Assembly (NCBI GenBank): GCA_947169045.1
Contig: CAMVOC010000002.1
Location: forward strand, 17,762 to 81,761
Source: an uncultured bacterium
Lineage (GTDB): Bacteria; Patescibacteriota; Gracilibacteria; Absconditabacterales; Absconditicoccaceae
Length of the DNA: 64,000 bases
Direction of reading: 5' to 3'
Numbering within the stretch: position 1 is the stretch's first letter; each line of letters starts with the position of its first letter. This document shows, piece after piece, positions 12,074 through 26,331 of the stretch. The notes below the pieces were generated by a model. It ran no database searches. It worked only from the letters and a program-made list of their open reading frames with translations, and had not been told where the DNA came from. Position numbers and translations under genes: made by a program.

Positions 12074-12349
12074 ATGAGTAAGACTAATCTTATCGCTTCT
12101 TTGGCAGAAGAACTTGGAGTTTCTAAAAAACTCGCTGCTGAATTAGTAAACGCTTTCCTTGAAACTGTTGTTGAAGGAGTTAAAAAGCAAGGTGAAGTAA
12201 GAATCCAAGGATTCGGAACCTTCAAAGCTTCTAAAAGAAAAGCTAGAGAAGGAGTTAATCCTCAAAATCCTTCTCAGAAGATCAAGATTCCTGCTATGAA
12301 AGTTGTTACCTTCAAAGCTGGATCTGAATTCAAAGCTGCTGTTAAATAA
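12074..12349 (+). CDS. hup: DNA-binding protein HU
   Basis: 91 aa. Contains GFGTFKASKRKAREGVNPQNPSQKIKIPAMKVVTFKAG, the typical HU/IHF beta-arm. Confidence 0.92.
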   Translation: MSKTNLIASLAEELGVSKKLAAELVNAFLETVVEGVKKQGEVRIQGFGTFKASKRKAREGVNPQNPSQKIKIPAMKVVTFKAGSEFKAAVK

Positions 12350-12372
12350 TTTTATCACCAGCCAAAAAGAAA

Positions 12373-12399
12373 ATCATCCCTTCACGGGATGATTTTTTA
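12373..12399 (+). terminator. Rho-independent terminator after hup
   Basis: Stem ATCATCCC / GGGATGAT with a TTCAC loop, followed by a T-run. Confidence 0.8.
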
Positions 12400-12439
12400 T
12401 AATTCAAAACTCAATTTCTACGAAATACTACTACATCAC

Positions 12440-13426
12440 TTAAAATTGTTCAAGACAAATGCTTTCACATTTATTTCTTTCATATCCAAACGTTAAATTT
12501 TGCCAACCGGTAAGACCTCCGTGAGAATCATCCCCATAACATCCACAAATACAGGTAACACCATCACCTCTAACCACAGGAGTAATCAATCCTGCATTTT
12601 CAGCAGTACATGCCACAATATCTCCTGCAATTCTAACAGCTCCATAAGAATCTAATTTAGCTTGAGGAGTCGTAGTATTGACTCAAATCCCACGTTGAAC
12701 ATTAGCATAAAAAACTCCACTTTCCTGAGGCTTAAAATTAAAACCACTATGGTCAGACCAAGCAAATACTCCATCAAGATCTCAGGAAATACTGGTATTG
12801 GTCCCAGCAATAAAATTACGTTCTCCTCCCATAATAAGATTATTTTTCATTCCCAAGATAAAATTAGTAGATCCTCCTACGAGAGCATTCTGCTGTCCTC
12901 CTCAAATCATACCTATTGGAGTTGAATCAATAACATTTCTATCTCCACCACCAATCACAGCACCTGTACTCAGTGATAAGATCTGATTAGCTAATCCTCC
13001 TAAAATCAAAGAATAAGCAGCTTTTGCCACATTAGATTCTCCTCCAATAATCAAAGCATAAGCATCTTCGACATCAGCAACATTTCCACTACCTCCTGCG
13101 ACCAGACTTCCCGTAGCAACCCCAGCAAGTTTTGCTCCAGCTGCCACATCACCAGAAATCACCAAAGTACGACGATCAAACCCATCAACACGAGGGACAA
13201 CCTTCCAATGAGAAAGAGGATCTTCAGTTTCTTCTGAACCAACAATAGTCAATCCTGTTAAAACAATAACTTTAGGCGAAATAAATTTACCTGTAGGTGC
13301 ACTATCCAAAAATCAAAAATTAAAACAAGTACTACCCGCAGGACATTCTTCTTGTGCCTGCACTAACAGCATTCATCAAAAGAACAAGAAAGCTGAAGCA
13401 AGTGTCAGAATCCAAGATTTTTTCAT
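12440..13426 (-). CDS. Secreted repeat protein (328 aa) with GG-x-x-N head-like repeats and a Cys-rich C-terminus
   Basis: ATG at 13424-13426, signal peptide MKKSWILTLASAFLFF. Track ORF 12902..13309 extends both ways through TGA only (every codon from 12440 to 12902 checked). Repeats such as IIGGESNVAKAAYSLILGG and LVGGSTNFILG. C-terminal CICGC...CESIC. TAA at 12440-12442. Confidence 0.8.
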
Positions 13427-13529
13427 AGTCATGTGGAGGTAAGAGAATAAAAGCTTCCCTCTAAGGATACTGATTTTACAAAAAAAAGGAAAAAACTCCC
13501 CATTAACAAGAGAAAATCACTTGACTTTT

Positions 13530-14093
13530 TTAATTTTTCGAATATAATAAAAGATTATGAAGTAATTTCTCCCAATCCACACATGTTCTAAGCGTTTCCA
13601 GCGCTTTTTTTTGATCAAAATGCTGGGTTTCTTCCCAACTACTATCTACCGGAACTTTCACATAGACGCGAGGGATTTGCAGTTCCTGACAGACATATTC
13701 AATTCCATAGCTTTCCATATCAAAAATCACAGGTTCTCACTCATAATTCTGCTGAAACGCGATATCATCACAAGAAACACAAGAAACAAAAGGAAAAAGC
13801 TGACAAATAATAGGGACAATTTGCTCTTTAGAATGTAAAAAGTACCTAAGTTTGGCAATTTGCACGCACGGTTCTGTCGCTCAACGATGTCCACACACTC
13901 AAATATTTAGCACCAAAAAAGGCGTATCACGCTCCTCTAACAGTTTTTTCGTCAGATGAAACATGGACGCAAAATTACCAATTCAAAGACAAAAATATTC
14001 AATCTCCAACTTTTGTTTTAAGTGCAGATGTTTAATCTCTTCTTTTACAACATTCAATTCTCACCTCGTAGCACAACACACCAAAATTTTCAT
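13530..14093 (-). CDS. Nucleoside phosphorylase/nucleosidase family protein (PNP_UDP_1-like)
   Basis: ATG at 14091-14093. One frame with five internal TGA (checked). G-IGNFA and DMESYGIEYVC motifs. TAA at 13530-13532. Confidence 0.65.
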
Positions 14094-14225
14094 CAATAAC
14101 CTTGAAAAAAAATAAAACATCGATAGAGTAACACTTCAAACATCAAGCGCCAAAAAAAGCCATCAACAAATGATCTATAAAATTTTTTCAATCGAAAATA
14201 TAGTTTTTACCTGCAAAAAAACAAG

Positions 14226-14747
14226 ATGAACATCGTCATTTTAGAAAATATACGCTCTGCTTACAATGTAGGGAATGTCGTCAGAACCGCTGATGCACTC
14301 GGTCGAGACGTACGAATCACAGGATACACCCCTTCCCCATTGGAACATCCGAAAGTTAAAAAAACTTCATTATGAGCAGAAGAAAGCGTGCGTCTCGAGC
14401 AATTTAATTTCACTGCCGATGCAATCCAAGCACTAAAAGACAGAGCACGTACAGGCCCAGAAAAACGAGGATGATATACCATCATCGCAGCAGAGCTCAC
14501 TCCCGATGCTATCAATCTAGAAGAGTTTTCGCACACTCTCAAACAAACCACCGCCAACGAACCGTCTAAAGAGAAAAAAGTGGCCATTGTTTTTGGAAAC
14601 GAAGTCGAAGGAGTATTACCTTCAACCCTCAATCTCGTAGATCATATCGTACAAATTCCTATGCAAGGAATCAAAGAATCTCTCAATATCGGACAATCTG
14701 CTGCAATTTTTATGCGAGAATTAGGGAAAACCTGAAGCAAAACATAA
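14226..14747 (+). CDS. SpoU/TrmH-family RNA 2'-O-methyltransferase
   Basis: MNIVILENIRSAYNVGNVVRTADALG and VAIVFGNEVEGV...IPMQGIKESLNIGQSAAIF are SpoU motifs. Three internal TGA. No track ORF exists on this strand; only an antisense one is listed. Confidence 0.85.
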
Positions 14748-14857
14748 CGACCTATCTTGCAACCTAAAATTTTCCAAAAAATCCCTAGTATTTACCTCGA
14801 AAAACAATATACTATCAAGAAATCCAGTTTTTTATTCTCTTTTTTTTGAAAAAACGT

Positions 14858-16996
14858 ATGGCAACTTCAAGACATCAATTTACTGAGGTTCAGCAAACTT
14901 TTGACCGAGCAGGGAAAAAAATCTGATTCGACCAAGGAAAACTCGCAATGCAAGCGGATGCTTCTATTACCGTTGCGTTTGAAGATACTGCAGTACTATT
15001 TTCTACAGTAGTAGCAAAAGAACCTAAAAGTCTCGACCAAGACTTTCTTCCACTCATGGTAGACATCAGAGAAAGCTTTTCAGCAGCAGGAAGAATTGGA
15101 GGAGCTGCATATCGCAGACGCGAAGGTCGCCCTTCAGATCAGGCAATTCTCAATGCCAGACTTACTGATAGAGCCATCAGACCAATGTTCCCAAAAGGAA
15201 TGATTAATGACGTAGTAATTACCGCAACGCCTATGGCATTAGATCCTAGGTATCCTCTAGGAGTAAGTTGTATCATTGGATCAAGTATTTCCGTAATGGC
15301 TTCCGGATTACCTTTCGACGGGCCAGTAGGAGCCGCTCAAATTGCTTATGTAGACGGAGAATTTATCGTAAATCCAACACATGAACAGTTAGACAAAGCT
15401 GAATTAAACCTTTTGGTAGCTGGTAAAAAAGATTCAATCAATATGATTGAAGACGAAAGCAATGAAGTTCCTCCTGAATTAATGAAAAAAGCTTTTGAGC
15501 TCGGACAAGCAGAAATCAATCGCTGTTGCGAATTCCAATTAGAATATCTCAAGCAACTGAATATCACTCCAAAAGAAGTTGTTTTCAATAAACCTTCTCC
15601 AGAACTTGAAGAAACAATACGTACATATCTGGGAGAAGATAAACTCGAAGCAATGATGGGAAATGCAAAAGTCAGCTTTAATGACTTATATTACGTATAT
15701 GAAAAGGATCTTCTAGAACACTTCAAAGCAGAAATCGAAGACGAAGAAAATCTAGAATTTTCTGTTTCCAAAGTCAAAATGGCATTTTTCAATACGACAA
15801 AATATTTTATCAGAGGAAGAACGCTAAATACCGGAAAAAGAGTAGACAATAGGACACAACTAGACATTCGTCCTCTGTACTGCGAAGCTGGACTCTTCGA
15901 AAGAACACACGGTACTGGTTTATTTTGGAGAGGTGATACCCAAGTACTTTCTACCGTTACCTTAGGAGGACCAACTGAATACCTCATCCTTGACGATATG
16001 GAAAACGACGACATAAAACAAAGATACATTCATCACTACAATTTCCCTCCATTCTCTACAGGAGAAGCAAAAGCTATGAGAGGGACAGGAAGAAGAGAAA
16101 TCTGACACGGAAGATTGGCAGAAAAAGCACTCGAAAGAATGATTCCAGAAAAATCTGTATTCCCTTACACCATCAGAGTAGTTTCAGAATGTCTTAGTTC
16201 TGGAGGTTCTACATCAATGGGATCTGTATGTGGATCTACACTTTCTCTCATGGACGCTGGAGTACCAATCAAAAAACCCGTTGCAGGAATTGCTATGGGA
16301 CTATTCACTGAGCATGATGAAGCAGGAAATATCAGTAAACACCTCGTACTCAACGACCTTATGGGGACTGAGGATTTCATTGGAGATATGGATTTTAAAG
16401 TAGCAGGAACGAGAGATGGAATCACTGCAATCCAACTCGACACGAAACTTAAAGGAATTCCGCTTTCTATCGTATTTGAAACGATTGACCAAGCATTTGG
16501 AGGATACAACGAAATTATGGACGTAATGCTAGAAGCGCTTCCTGCAGCCAGACCTCAAGTAGGAAAATACGCACCAAAAATTGAAGTATTCACCATCAAT
16601 CCTGAGAAAATCAAGGAAGTAATCGGTAAATGATGAGATATCATCAATAAAATCATCGAAGAAAACGACAACATTAAAATAGACTTTGAAGAAGACGGAA
16701 CCTGCTATCTTACGCATCAAAACAAAGAAGTAATTGATAGAGTAAAAGCAATTATTCTAGAAATCGCAACAGATTTAGAAGTCTGACAAGAATTCGAAGG
16801 AGAAATCAGCAGAATAGAAGATTCTTACATGTTTATCCGCCTTCCAAAAGGAAAATCAGGATTCTTACACGTAACCAACCTCTTAAATAGGACTTCTTGA
16901 CCACTAACTAACTCATTCAAAATAGGTCAAAAGCTGAAAGTTATAATCTCTAAGATTGACGCAACAGGAAAAATAGCAGTAAAACAAATCGGATAA
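14858..16996 (+). CDS. pnp: Polyribonucleotide nucleotidyltransferase (PNPase)
   Basis: Track ORFs 14948..16105 and 16115..16633 share one frame. GRREI-[TGA]-HGRLAEKAL (16103-16105) matches the invariant REIGHG. The KH motif VIGK-[TGA][TGA]-D corresponds to GKGG (16631-16636). S1 domain, then TAA at 16994-16996. Confidence 0.96.
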
Positions 16997-17035
16997 CATT
17001 GCTAAAAAAGAAGTCAACAAACGTTGAAATCAAGC

Positions 17036-17066
17036 AAAAAGCTCAAGGAACCACTTGAGCTTTTTC
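17036..17066. terminator. Bidirectional terminator between convergent pnp and map
   Basis: AAAAAGCTCAAGG-AACC-ACTTGAGCTTTTT. The stem is flanked by an A-run on one side and a T-run on the other. Confidence 0.75.
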
Positions 17067-17078
17067 AAATAATGCTAT

Positions 17079-17861
17079 TTACACAAATTCTCTTATTCCA
17101 CTTAAAATCTCATATCCCTCCTGAGTAATCAGCAACATATACTCCCATTGTGCACCAACATCTCCATGATCAGTATACAAAGCCTCCTCTCAAGGATTCT
17201 GATAAAAATCCGTCGACATTAACGCAGTAATCGGTTCAAAACATAAAACCATACCAGGCTTATAAAAAGTTTTTTTAAGATCAGGATGCGGATAATTAAA
17301 AACATAAGGACGCTCATGAACTGCATTCCCCACTCCATGCCCCGTCAAATCTTTAATCACTTTATACCCTGCTTCTTTAACCACTTGGCTCACTGTACTT
17401 CCATAAGCAAACATATTTTGATGCGGACGAATTGTTTGAATCCCTACTTCCAAAGACTCTTTAGTCACTCTAATCAAATCATACGCCCTTGGATTTGCTA
17501 ATTCTCACCCAATCACCACAGAAATCGCCGAATCCGAAATACCTCCCTGATACACCAATCCTGCATCTATTTTCAACAAATCCCCATTTTTCAAAATCGT
17601 TGCATCTGGCTCTCCATGGACGACACAATCATTAATCGAAAGGCAAAGATTTGCAGGATATCCATCATATCCCTTAAAAGCACCTTTCAAATGATGCTGC
17701 TGAATAAAATGCTCAGCAACAAACTCCAATTCTATCGTAGCAACTCACACTTTTGCCTTTTCTCTAAGCAATAAAAGCAATTCATTAAGATATTTCCCCG
17801 ATTCACGAATATTAGCTATTTGCTGAGCTGTTTTAATCGTTCCTTGGACAATATGAGCCAT
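17079..17861 (-). CDS. map: Methionine aminopeptidase, type I
   Basis: Track ORFs 17190..17477 and 17505..17729, plus extensions, share one frame (gaps checked). Motifs: NDCVVHG, DAGLVYQGGISD, GHGVGNAVHE, EPI. ATG at 17859-17861, TAA at 17079-17081. Confidence 0.93.
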
Positions 17862-17904
17862 CGTACAATACACAAAACAAAAAAATAAAAAGAATATCTA
17901 TCAA

Positions 17905-18390
17905 TTAAAGCATCATAAGGACAACATACACAATCCCCAATCACGCTACCGCATATCCAATTCCACCAAAAATATCAATAACAAAATGTTTTTTTAACTT
18001 CACCCTAGAAATCATAACCAACACCGCCATCACTCCATAAAAACAAAAAACAGGAATAAAATACGGACTCTCCCAAAAAGCAACTGCTCACAACGTCCAA
18101 ATAACCACCACCGTAATAGTATGCATACTCGGAAAACTTCCTGCCATCAATTTTTTACGCCGATTTCCTAATTCCATCGGTACTGGACGATGCTTAAAAA
18201 AAACTAATTTAGTAAAACCTGCCAATCCCAATGGAAGCAGAAAACAACACGCTACTATGATAAATAACACCAAAAAAGCCCTAACATCTCAGTCCCACAA
18301 ACATGCTCAAAGAATTACCAAATATGGTATCATCAACACAGGAGCATAATAACTTCAAAACCTTGTAATAATCCTCCAAAACCTCTGCAT
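17905..18390 (-). CDS. PAP2-family phosphatase (undecaprenyl-diphosphatase-like)
   Basis: KHRPVP, SFPSMHT and SRVKLKKHFVIDI match the KxxxxxxRP / PSGH / SRxxxxxHxxxD signature. The start at 18390 is the first ATG in the extended frame. Confidence 0.75.
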
Positions 18391-18451
18391 AGAAAAAGAT
18401 GTTACGCTTAAACAGATAAAAAATTTTCTCCATCATCACGAACAAATCGTC

Positions 18452-18781
18452 CTAATCCAGAATCATTACTTCCTCCTCCAGAATGATTTTTTGATCAAAA
18501 CCTCAGAGTTCCTGTCTCTTTTTTGTCTTGATCATACGAACACGATCGACAGGAATATCATAATATTCCATCAATTGTTCTACGACTTCATGAAGATCAG
18601 CAAGTTTTTCAGCTTTCTCATCACGATTAGTCGCATTAAGGAATCCTTTAACATCTCCAAAAAATGTAGTGAGAAGATGTTGATGTACCTCGTGAGTCTC
18701 CGCAGGACGATAAGAGCATTTTCTACCCTTAGCCATCAGTTGAGAAGGTAATAAATCTCTGACGAGTTTGTTGTGTTGCAT
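18452..18781 (-). CDS. MazG-like / PRA-PH-like nucleoside triphosphate pyrophosphohydrolase
   Basis: MQHNKLVRDLLP...EKLADLHEVVEQL...KRQEL-[TGA]-GFDQKIIL resembles the KLVRDKIP...EELADxxEV...RGGF family. TAG at 18452-18454. Confidence 0.65.
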
Positions 18782-18846
18782 GGTGGTACGGGTGAGCAAA
18801 TAAAAGATTTGCGTTTTCTACTGGACCATTTGACGAACATTTGATA

Positions 18847-20079
<1,233 letters not shown>

Positions 20080-20200
20080 ACATACGACAAAAAAACATAA
20101 AAAGTTGACAAAAAAATAACGTTTATTACGAGAAATGCAAGAGAATTTACAAATTTTTCGCCTTGACTTCTTGAGGTATTCTTCGTACAATTCATACTAA

Positions 20201-20956
20201 ATGCACCATAAAAACAGCAATACAAAAAGCTGAAATCCTGCACCTTTAGCCTATAATCAAAATTCTTTATCCATGCATGTTTGAATTATCTTAGATGGGA
20301 ACCGCCGTCGAGCAAAACAGAGAAATCTTCCTAGCATCCAAGGGCATCTTGCCGGAGCAGAAAGACTCGAAAGTACCATCAAATACGGCTTCGAAAAAGG
20401 CATAGACATTATCACCGTCTACGGCTTCTCGACTGAAAATCGAAACAGAGACCCTTCAGAAGTCGAAGGGCTTATGAAAATCTTTCTCGATTATCTCAGC
20501 GCGATGATTCCCAGATTGGAAAATCAAGAAATCAAAGTTAATATTCTAGGGGACAAATCAGCTTTTTCTCCTGATTTACAGCACATTATGCAGCAATTAG
20601 AAGATTCAACAGCAAAAAAAAGCTGACATATTTTCAATCTTTGCCTCAATTACGGAGGAAGAACAGAATTACTCCAAGCAATGCAACGCCTCGCCAACGA
20701 AGTCCAAAAAGGAAACCTACAACCCACCGACATCAATGAGACACTGATCTCAAACTATCTGTACACCAAAGGACAACCTGATCCCGACCTAATCATCAGA
20801 ACCAGCGGAGAAAATAGACTTTCAGGATTTTTAACGTGGCAATCAACATATGCAGAGCTCATCTTTACAAAAACGCTTCGACCCGATTTTTCAGAAGAAG
20901 TATTCGATGAATGTTTAACAGAATACGAAAAAAGACACAGAAGATTCGGAAAATAA
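20201..20956 (+). CDS. uppS: Undecaprenyl diphosphate synthase (cis-prenyltransferase)
   Basis: HV-G-IILDGNRR, YGFSTEN, LNYGGR, RTSGENRLSGFLTWQSTYAELIF, RRFG. The three canonical Trp positions are CGA codons. Start is ATG 20201 (alternative ATG at 20273). Confidence 0.9.
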
Positions 20957-21038
20957 TATGCAGAAACCACACAAAAAATGACAGGACATCAATGCTATAT
21001 TATAACACAAAAATGGCAAAAAGTCAAGAGATTTATTT

Positions 21039-21069
21039 CCGCATTTCTTAGGCAGAATTGCGGTTTTTT
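21039..21069 (+). terminator. Rho-independent terminator after uppS
   Basis: Stem CCGCATTTCT / AGAATTGCGG (one mismatch) with a TAGGC loop, then TTTTTT. Confidence 0.7.
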
Positions 21070-21119
21070 ACAAAAAGACGTATCATTAGATAAAGACTTT
21101 TTTATCTTTTTGTAAGAAC

Positions 21120-24100
21120 ATGAGTAACGCTACTCCAAATACTCCAAATGTATGAGCAGAAAAGCAGAAAAAAAACAATAGACACCTCAATTTTCGCAAT
21201 GAACTTGTAGAAGCTCTTTTAAAAAAATCCGAAAAAATTTCTTTCGAAGAGTGGCTTACTGACGTAGAAAACGGGATAAAAGAAGAACAAAAAAATAAAG
21301 AAGAACTAAATGAAATACAAGCCAACGATTCCTTCGAAATCCTCAAAATCATCGAAAATCAAGGGATAGAAACTACGTTTCAAGATATTGCTAATGAAAA
21401 ACTTTCTCTTCATCAGCTCATAACAGGGAAAGAAATCTACAGTGCAGAAGCGCTTTCTACTCGTTTACAGCACCTAAAAAATACAGGAGGAGACATCGAC
21501 CGTGCCATCGCTGAAAAGTTCCGAGAAAAGTTTTTTTTGAAACTTCCAGAGGCATATAAAGCCAAAGCAAGAGACGAAATTCGCAGATCTAAACCTCTCG
21601 CTGAAACCATCAACGACATAGATTTTTTCCTAAAAAAATATCCAAATCTCACAATAAATCCAAGTGAGATTACTCTTTCTAACGGAGAAATTCTCAATCT
21701 TCCTCCGCTACAACCAACAGCCAAAAAAATCAAAGAATCTCCTTCCAACAAACGAGACACCAACACAAAAAAGCTCTTCAACACACTACTATTTCATCAA
21801 GAGATAGGGGCCATCAGAGAATTGATGGATTATACCAAACTCATGGAAAAAAATTTCACCGAAGCAATAAAAGGAAAATTAAAAACAGAAAATGTAGATG
21901 AATTATCGACAATAACCGGCATACCAAAAGAGGTTTTACAAGGACTCATCGATATCCAAGCATTACCAAACGGAGAAAAATTTCAGATTTCTTTTCCTGA
22001 TGGGACAAGAATAACAGGAGAAAAAGCTGACAATATACAAGTGATTGACCTGCCAAATAGCGACTTTTCTGCAGAGGAGAACCGTCAAAAAATAAAAATG
22101 ATGTTCCCTCCAAGGAAAAACGACCCTAAAAAAATCGAAATTAAAAACGTCGGGGACCTCATTGTCCTCCGGATGATAATCAAACGAAATTGAGAAAGTT
22201 CACCAATAAATACTATCATTTCAGACGAAAAAAACACTGAAGAAACTCTATGAAAAAAAGACGAAAAAAATACTGAAGAAACCGTCGAAACTAAAACCGA
22301 AAAAAAAGAAAAAATAGAAACCGAAAGAGACATTCGACAAGAGCGAAAAGACGTTCGACAAGGGAAAATTAAAGGATACTCCTTCAAGCAAAGCAAAGGA
22401 GAAGAGATTCCTGGATTTATACCAGGGACAGTCCTTGCAATCAAAGAAAAAAGTATCATGCCTCCAAAAGATAAAGGAGATGCACGAGTGTACCTAAAAA
22501 TTACCAAAATCCATAAAGAAAACGGTTGTTTTGAAGCTGAAATTTATGGATGAGAAAGGAGTGATCCTGTATTTGAAGGAGCAACAAAGACCGTTCATAT
22601 AGAAAATATCATGAAGATGAGTAACGAGCTCTACAAATTCCCAGACCCTAATAGACAAGACGAAACTGGTTCTTCAATCATGCAAAAACTCAAAAGCGCA
22701 GGATTTAAAGATATGAACCAATTTAACGATATAAAACGAGATAAAAAAGACTGATTCGTTAAGGAAAAAATAAGCGGAAAACAAGAGCCCATAACACAAG
22801 TAATAGGGGAAGAACAGACTATTTACGATATCAAACACAACCCTCACACCCATACCTATGACGTATCCTGTGACTTCATAAAACTAGATTGAAAAAAATA
22901 CTCCAGAAAGATGGATTATCTAGCATTTTGTATGTTTATGAGAGAAAAAGCCCTCACTCCATACACAAAAACCGAGATGGAAATAGAGAAAAAAAATGCT
23001 GAATACCAAAAACCAAAAATGGTCAACCAGAAAAAACTAGGACGAACATTCCTTTCCATCTACGGACTCAAAGAAATAATTAAAGGAAACCGAAAAAAAT
23101 TAATGACAGAAAGAATCAAGAAAAACGAACAAGCACAAATAGATGCAGCAAACGAATGGCTAATGAATAGTGGATTACTCAATGTCATTGGGAAAATTCC
23201 TCTAGCAGGCATGGCAGGAGCAGTACAACAGATACAACAAGAACGATATGACAAAAGAGAAGATAAACGTCGAGCAAACATAGAAAAATACCTCAAAAAA
23301 TTCGACACTTCAGATTTTGGTGATATTTTTGATCAAAAATATGGACACAATATTCTAGGAATGAGTATGCAAGACTTCGCAAAAAGCGATAAAACCTTAG
23401 AAGGAGAAGATCTTTACAAAGGAGCAGCATTACTCCTTGCAATGGCAAAGAAAGGAAAATCAATTTACCGTGGAATCCCAGAATTAAAAGGAACTGGACA
23501 TTGGGTAAAAAAGCTATTATGACCTGCATATCATGCACATTTTATCCAAATGAGAGACCAATATCTCAGAGATGGAACATTACGTGAAAACAAAAAGAAT
23601 TACAATAGCGACCTCATAAAACTAGAAATGGAATATATCATCAAAAATATTCAATGAAACCCTAATGGTAAATTCGGATTATTTGGTAGTATCGACGACA
23701 GAGGGATCCTCGATAAAGAAAGTACCATCCAAAGAGAAATCGATAATCCAGCAAGACAAAGATTAGGAACTAAATTTGCTGAGGAGCTCGACAACAGAAC
23801 GAAAGATTTGAATACAAAAGACAATATTGGCGATGAATACAGAAAAATGGGGAATTACACATGGGAACAAGCGGTAAGCGATTTTGGAAAATTAAAAGAT
23901 GGAAGAACACAAATCAGTATTGCTGCTGTACTAAAAATGGGAGATTTAATAACCAGCGCAAATCCTGAACAAATCAGCACGCTCAAAAGATGTATGTTAA
24001 CACTCTTACTAAGCGGAATCCTCACCACTGACCTCGATGGAAACGGAAGAAAGCTGATCTATCAACTATGTAAAAAGCTGAATTTCCCAGTAGGATATCT

Positions 24101-25286
24101 AGCAAGGGATAATGAATATGCAAAGAAATTACGTACATTCCTCCAAGAAGCAACACATGGAGAATTTGAAAAAACCTGCAAAGTCGGTGATAAACCATAC
24201 AAATTTGATGATTTCTTCCCAACAGGATTCCCAAGCGACAAACAGCCAGCTCCTAACTACAAAAATCTCATATCTTGAGTAGAAAAATGGCGAAACCAAA
24301 AGGAAAATAGAGAAGCTCTAGAGAAATTTTCTCATGAGACGCTCGTTGCCAAAAACCGAAATGAAAATGCATATCTCAAAGAATTTAAAGATAAAGTCCT
24401 GGATACTGACCCAGAGGGATTAGGAGGAGAACGAGAAGGAAATGATGTGATTTCTCTGTGTGCAAGACTTGATTCAAACATCAATATTATTGCAAAAAAT
24501 ACCAGATATGACAACGAAGAATTTGAAGGAAAAGATGAAGATCAAAAAAATATGAAAGCAGAATTTTGGAAAAATATCAATAAAGAATTAGATGCAACAA
24601 AAAATAACGCAACACCAGAAAAAGTAACCTACATTGCGAGAGGATTTTGCAATTTATTTTCAAATAAAGGATTCTGAAAAAGCAGCTTACCAACATTTGT
24701 AGAAAGAATTAGCATCGCCAATCAATACTACACAAACCCAAATATGCAAAGCGAAAAAGCAAATACAATAACAACAATCAACAAAGATGAAATAGAATTA
24801 GGAAGAATCGGAGAAGACGACATAAAAAAGTTATTACGACGATCTACAGTCGGGGAAATTTTAAGTAGAGGTAATGGAAATCCTCCAACAGAAATGATGG
24901 ATGGGCTAACAAAATTTTACGAGTTTTTCCGAAAGAATTTGGAGACCTTAGCTTCAGACTCAGTAATCAAGGAAGCCTTTTGACTAAACAGTAAAAATAT
25001 CGAAGGAGAATATCCAAAAAAATTAGCCAACCGAAAAATATATCAAAAAACCATTAAAAACAATCCAACCATTGAAGAACTCCTCAATAACGATATCGAT
25101 ATTGACGACCTAGCAGAGTTTTCACAAGAGAACCTACAAACCAAAAAAGATAAAGAAATGAAAAGGAAAGAAAAACGAGTCTTTGAAACGAGAACTATCA
25201 ACAAAGAATTATTCGACACAGAAAGAATTTGTATGAGTAGAGGAAAACATATCAAAATCCCACCAGAATACCGCCTCTCTATCTAA
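21120..25286 (+). CDS. Very large hypothetical protein (1388 aa), no recognisable domain
   Basis: Track ORFs 21537.., 22911.., 23808.., 24447.. and 24744.. are all in frame 3. All six gaps were checked codon by codon and contain only TGA. ATG at 21120, TAA at 25284-25286. Lys/Glu-rich, with no signal peptide or TM helix seen. Confidence 0.85.
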
Positions 25287-25297
25287 GTAAAACGAAA

Positions 25298-26281
25298 TTA
25301 CAAGGCAAGACCTACTTTTTTATACACCTCACGCATCTTTTGCTCCGCAAGTGCACCTACCACTTTTGCATTTTTCTCCAATAAATCAATAATTTCTGCA
25401 TCACTAATAGAATAATACCTTTCCTGTAACGGCTTGAGATACGCCCACATCTTTTCAAAAGCATAATCTTTCGCCTCTTTATACGAATATCCACCTGCTA
25501 AAAACTTCTCTCTCAATGCAACATCCTCCTCTGGAGTCAAGAAAAACTTCACAATATTATACACATGATTTTCATCAGGATTTTTTGGCTCTTCAACCGT
25601 TTTCATATCAGTAGAAATCTGCTTAACTTTTTTCAAAAGCGTTTTTTCATCATCCAATAACCCAATATAATTATTGTAGGATTTAGACATTTTACGTCCA
25701 TCTAAACCAATAATTGTCGCTGACCCCTCAGGGATAAAAGGCTCCGGAAGCACGAAAGTCTCTCCAAATTGACGATTAAATTTTCCAGCAATATCCCTCG
25801 CATATTCCACATGTTGCTTTTGATCCTTCCCAACCGGTACCAAATTCGCATCATACAGCAAAATATCTGACGCCATCAAAATCGGATAACAAAACGTCCC
25901 AACGCTCACTTCTCCAGCCTTTCCCTTAGCTAAAGCATCCTTATAACTATGCATCCTTTCCATCGTCCCCATAATCGTCAGACACGTCAAAACCCAGTTC
26001 AATTGAGCATGTCCAGGAATATCCGCAGGATTATAAATATACACACGGCTCGTATCAACTCCCAACGCCTTATACAGCTTCAAGATTGTTAAACTATAAT
26101 TCCTAAGCGTGGTTGCGTCGTGAATAACCGTCAAACCATGCATATTAGCTAAAAAGAGAAAAAAATCTGCTTCTTTTTCCTGTTTTGTCAGTTCCACAAA
26201 CGGACGAATCGCACCAAAAAGATTTCCGAGATGCAATTGTTCTCCTGTCGGTTTTAATCAGGTAAGTATTCTTTTTTTCAT
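25298..26281 (-). CDS. trpS: Tryptophanyl-tRNA synthetase
   Basis: MKKRILT-[TGA]-LKPTGEQLHLGNLFG (the GxxPTG and HLGN class I motifs) and KMSKS. ATG at 26279-26281. Confidence 0.95.
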
Positions 26282-26331
26282 CATATACTACTATGGAATA
26301 ATAAAAAGATTTCAATGATACAACATCTCAC

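Noticed and set aside
14261-14632. 123-aa minus-strand track ORF.
   Set aside because: It is antisense to the SpoU methyltransferase gene, which has clear motifs on the plus strand.
21086-22507. Three minus-strand track ORFs (21086..21352, 21437..21784, 22085..22507).
   Set aside because: They are antisense to the continuous 1388-aa plus-strand ORF. Their Ser/Phe-rich composition is typical of the reverse complement of Lys/Glu-rich coding sequence.
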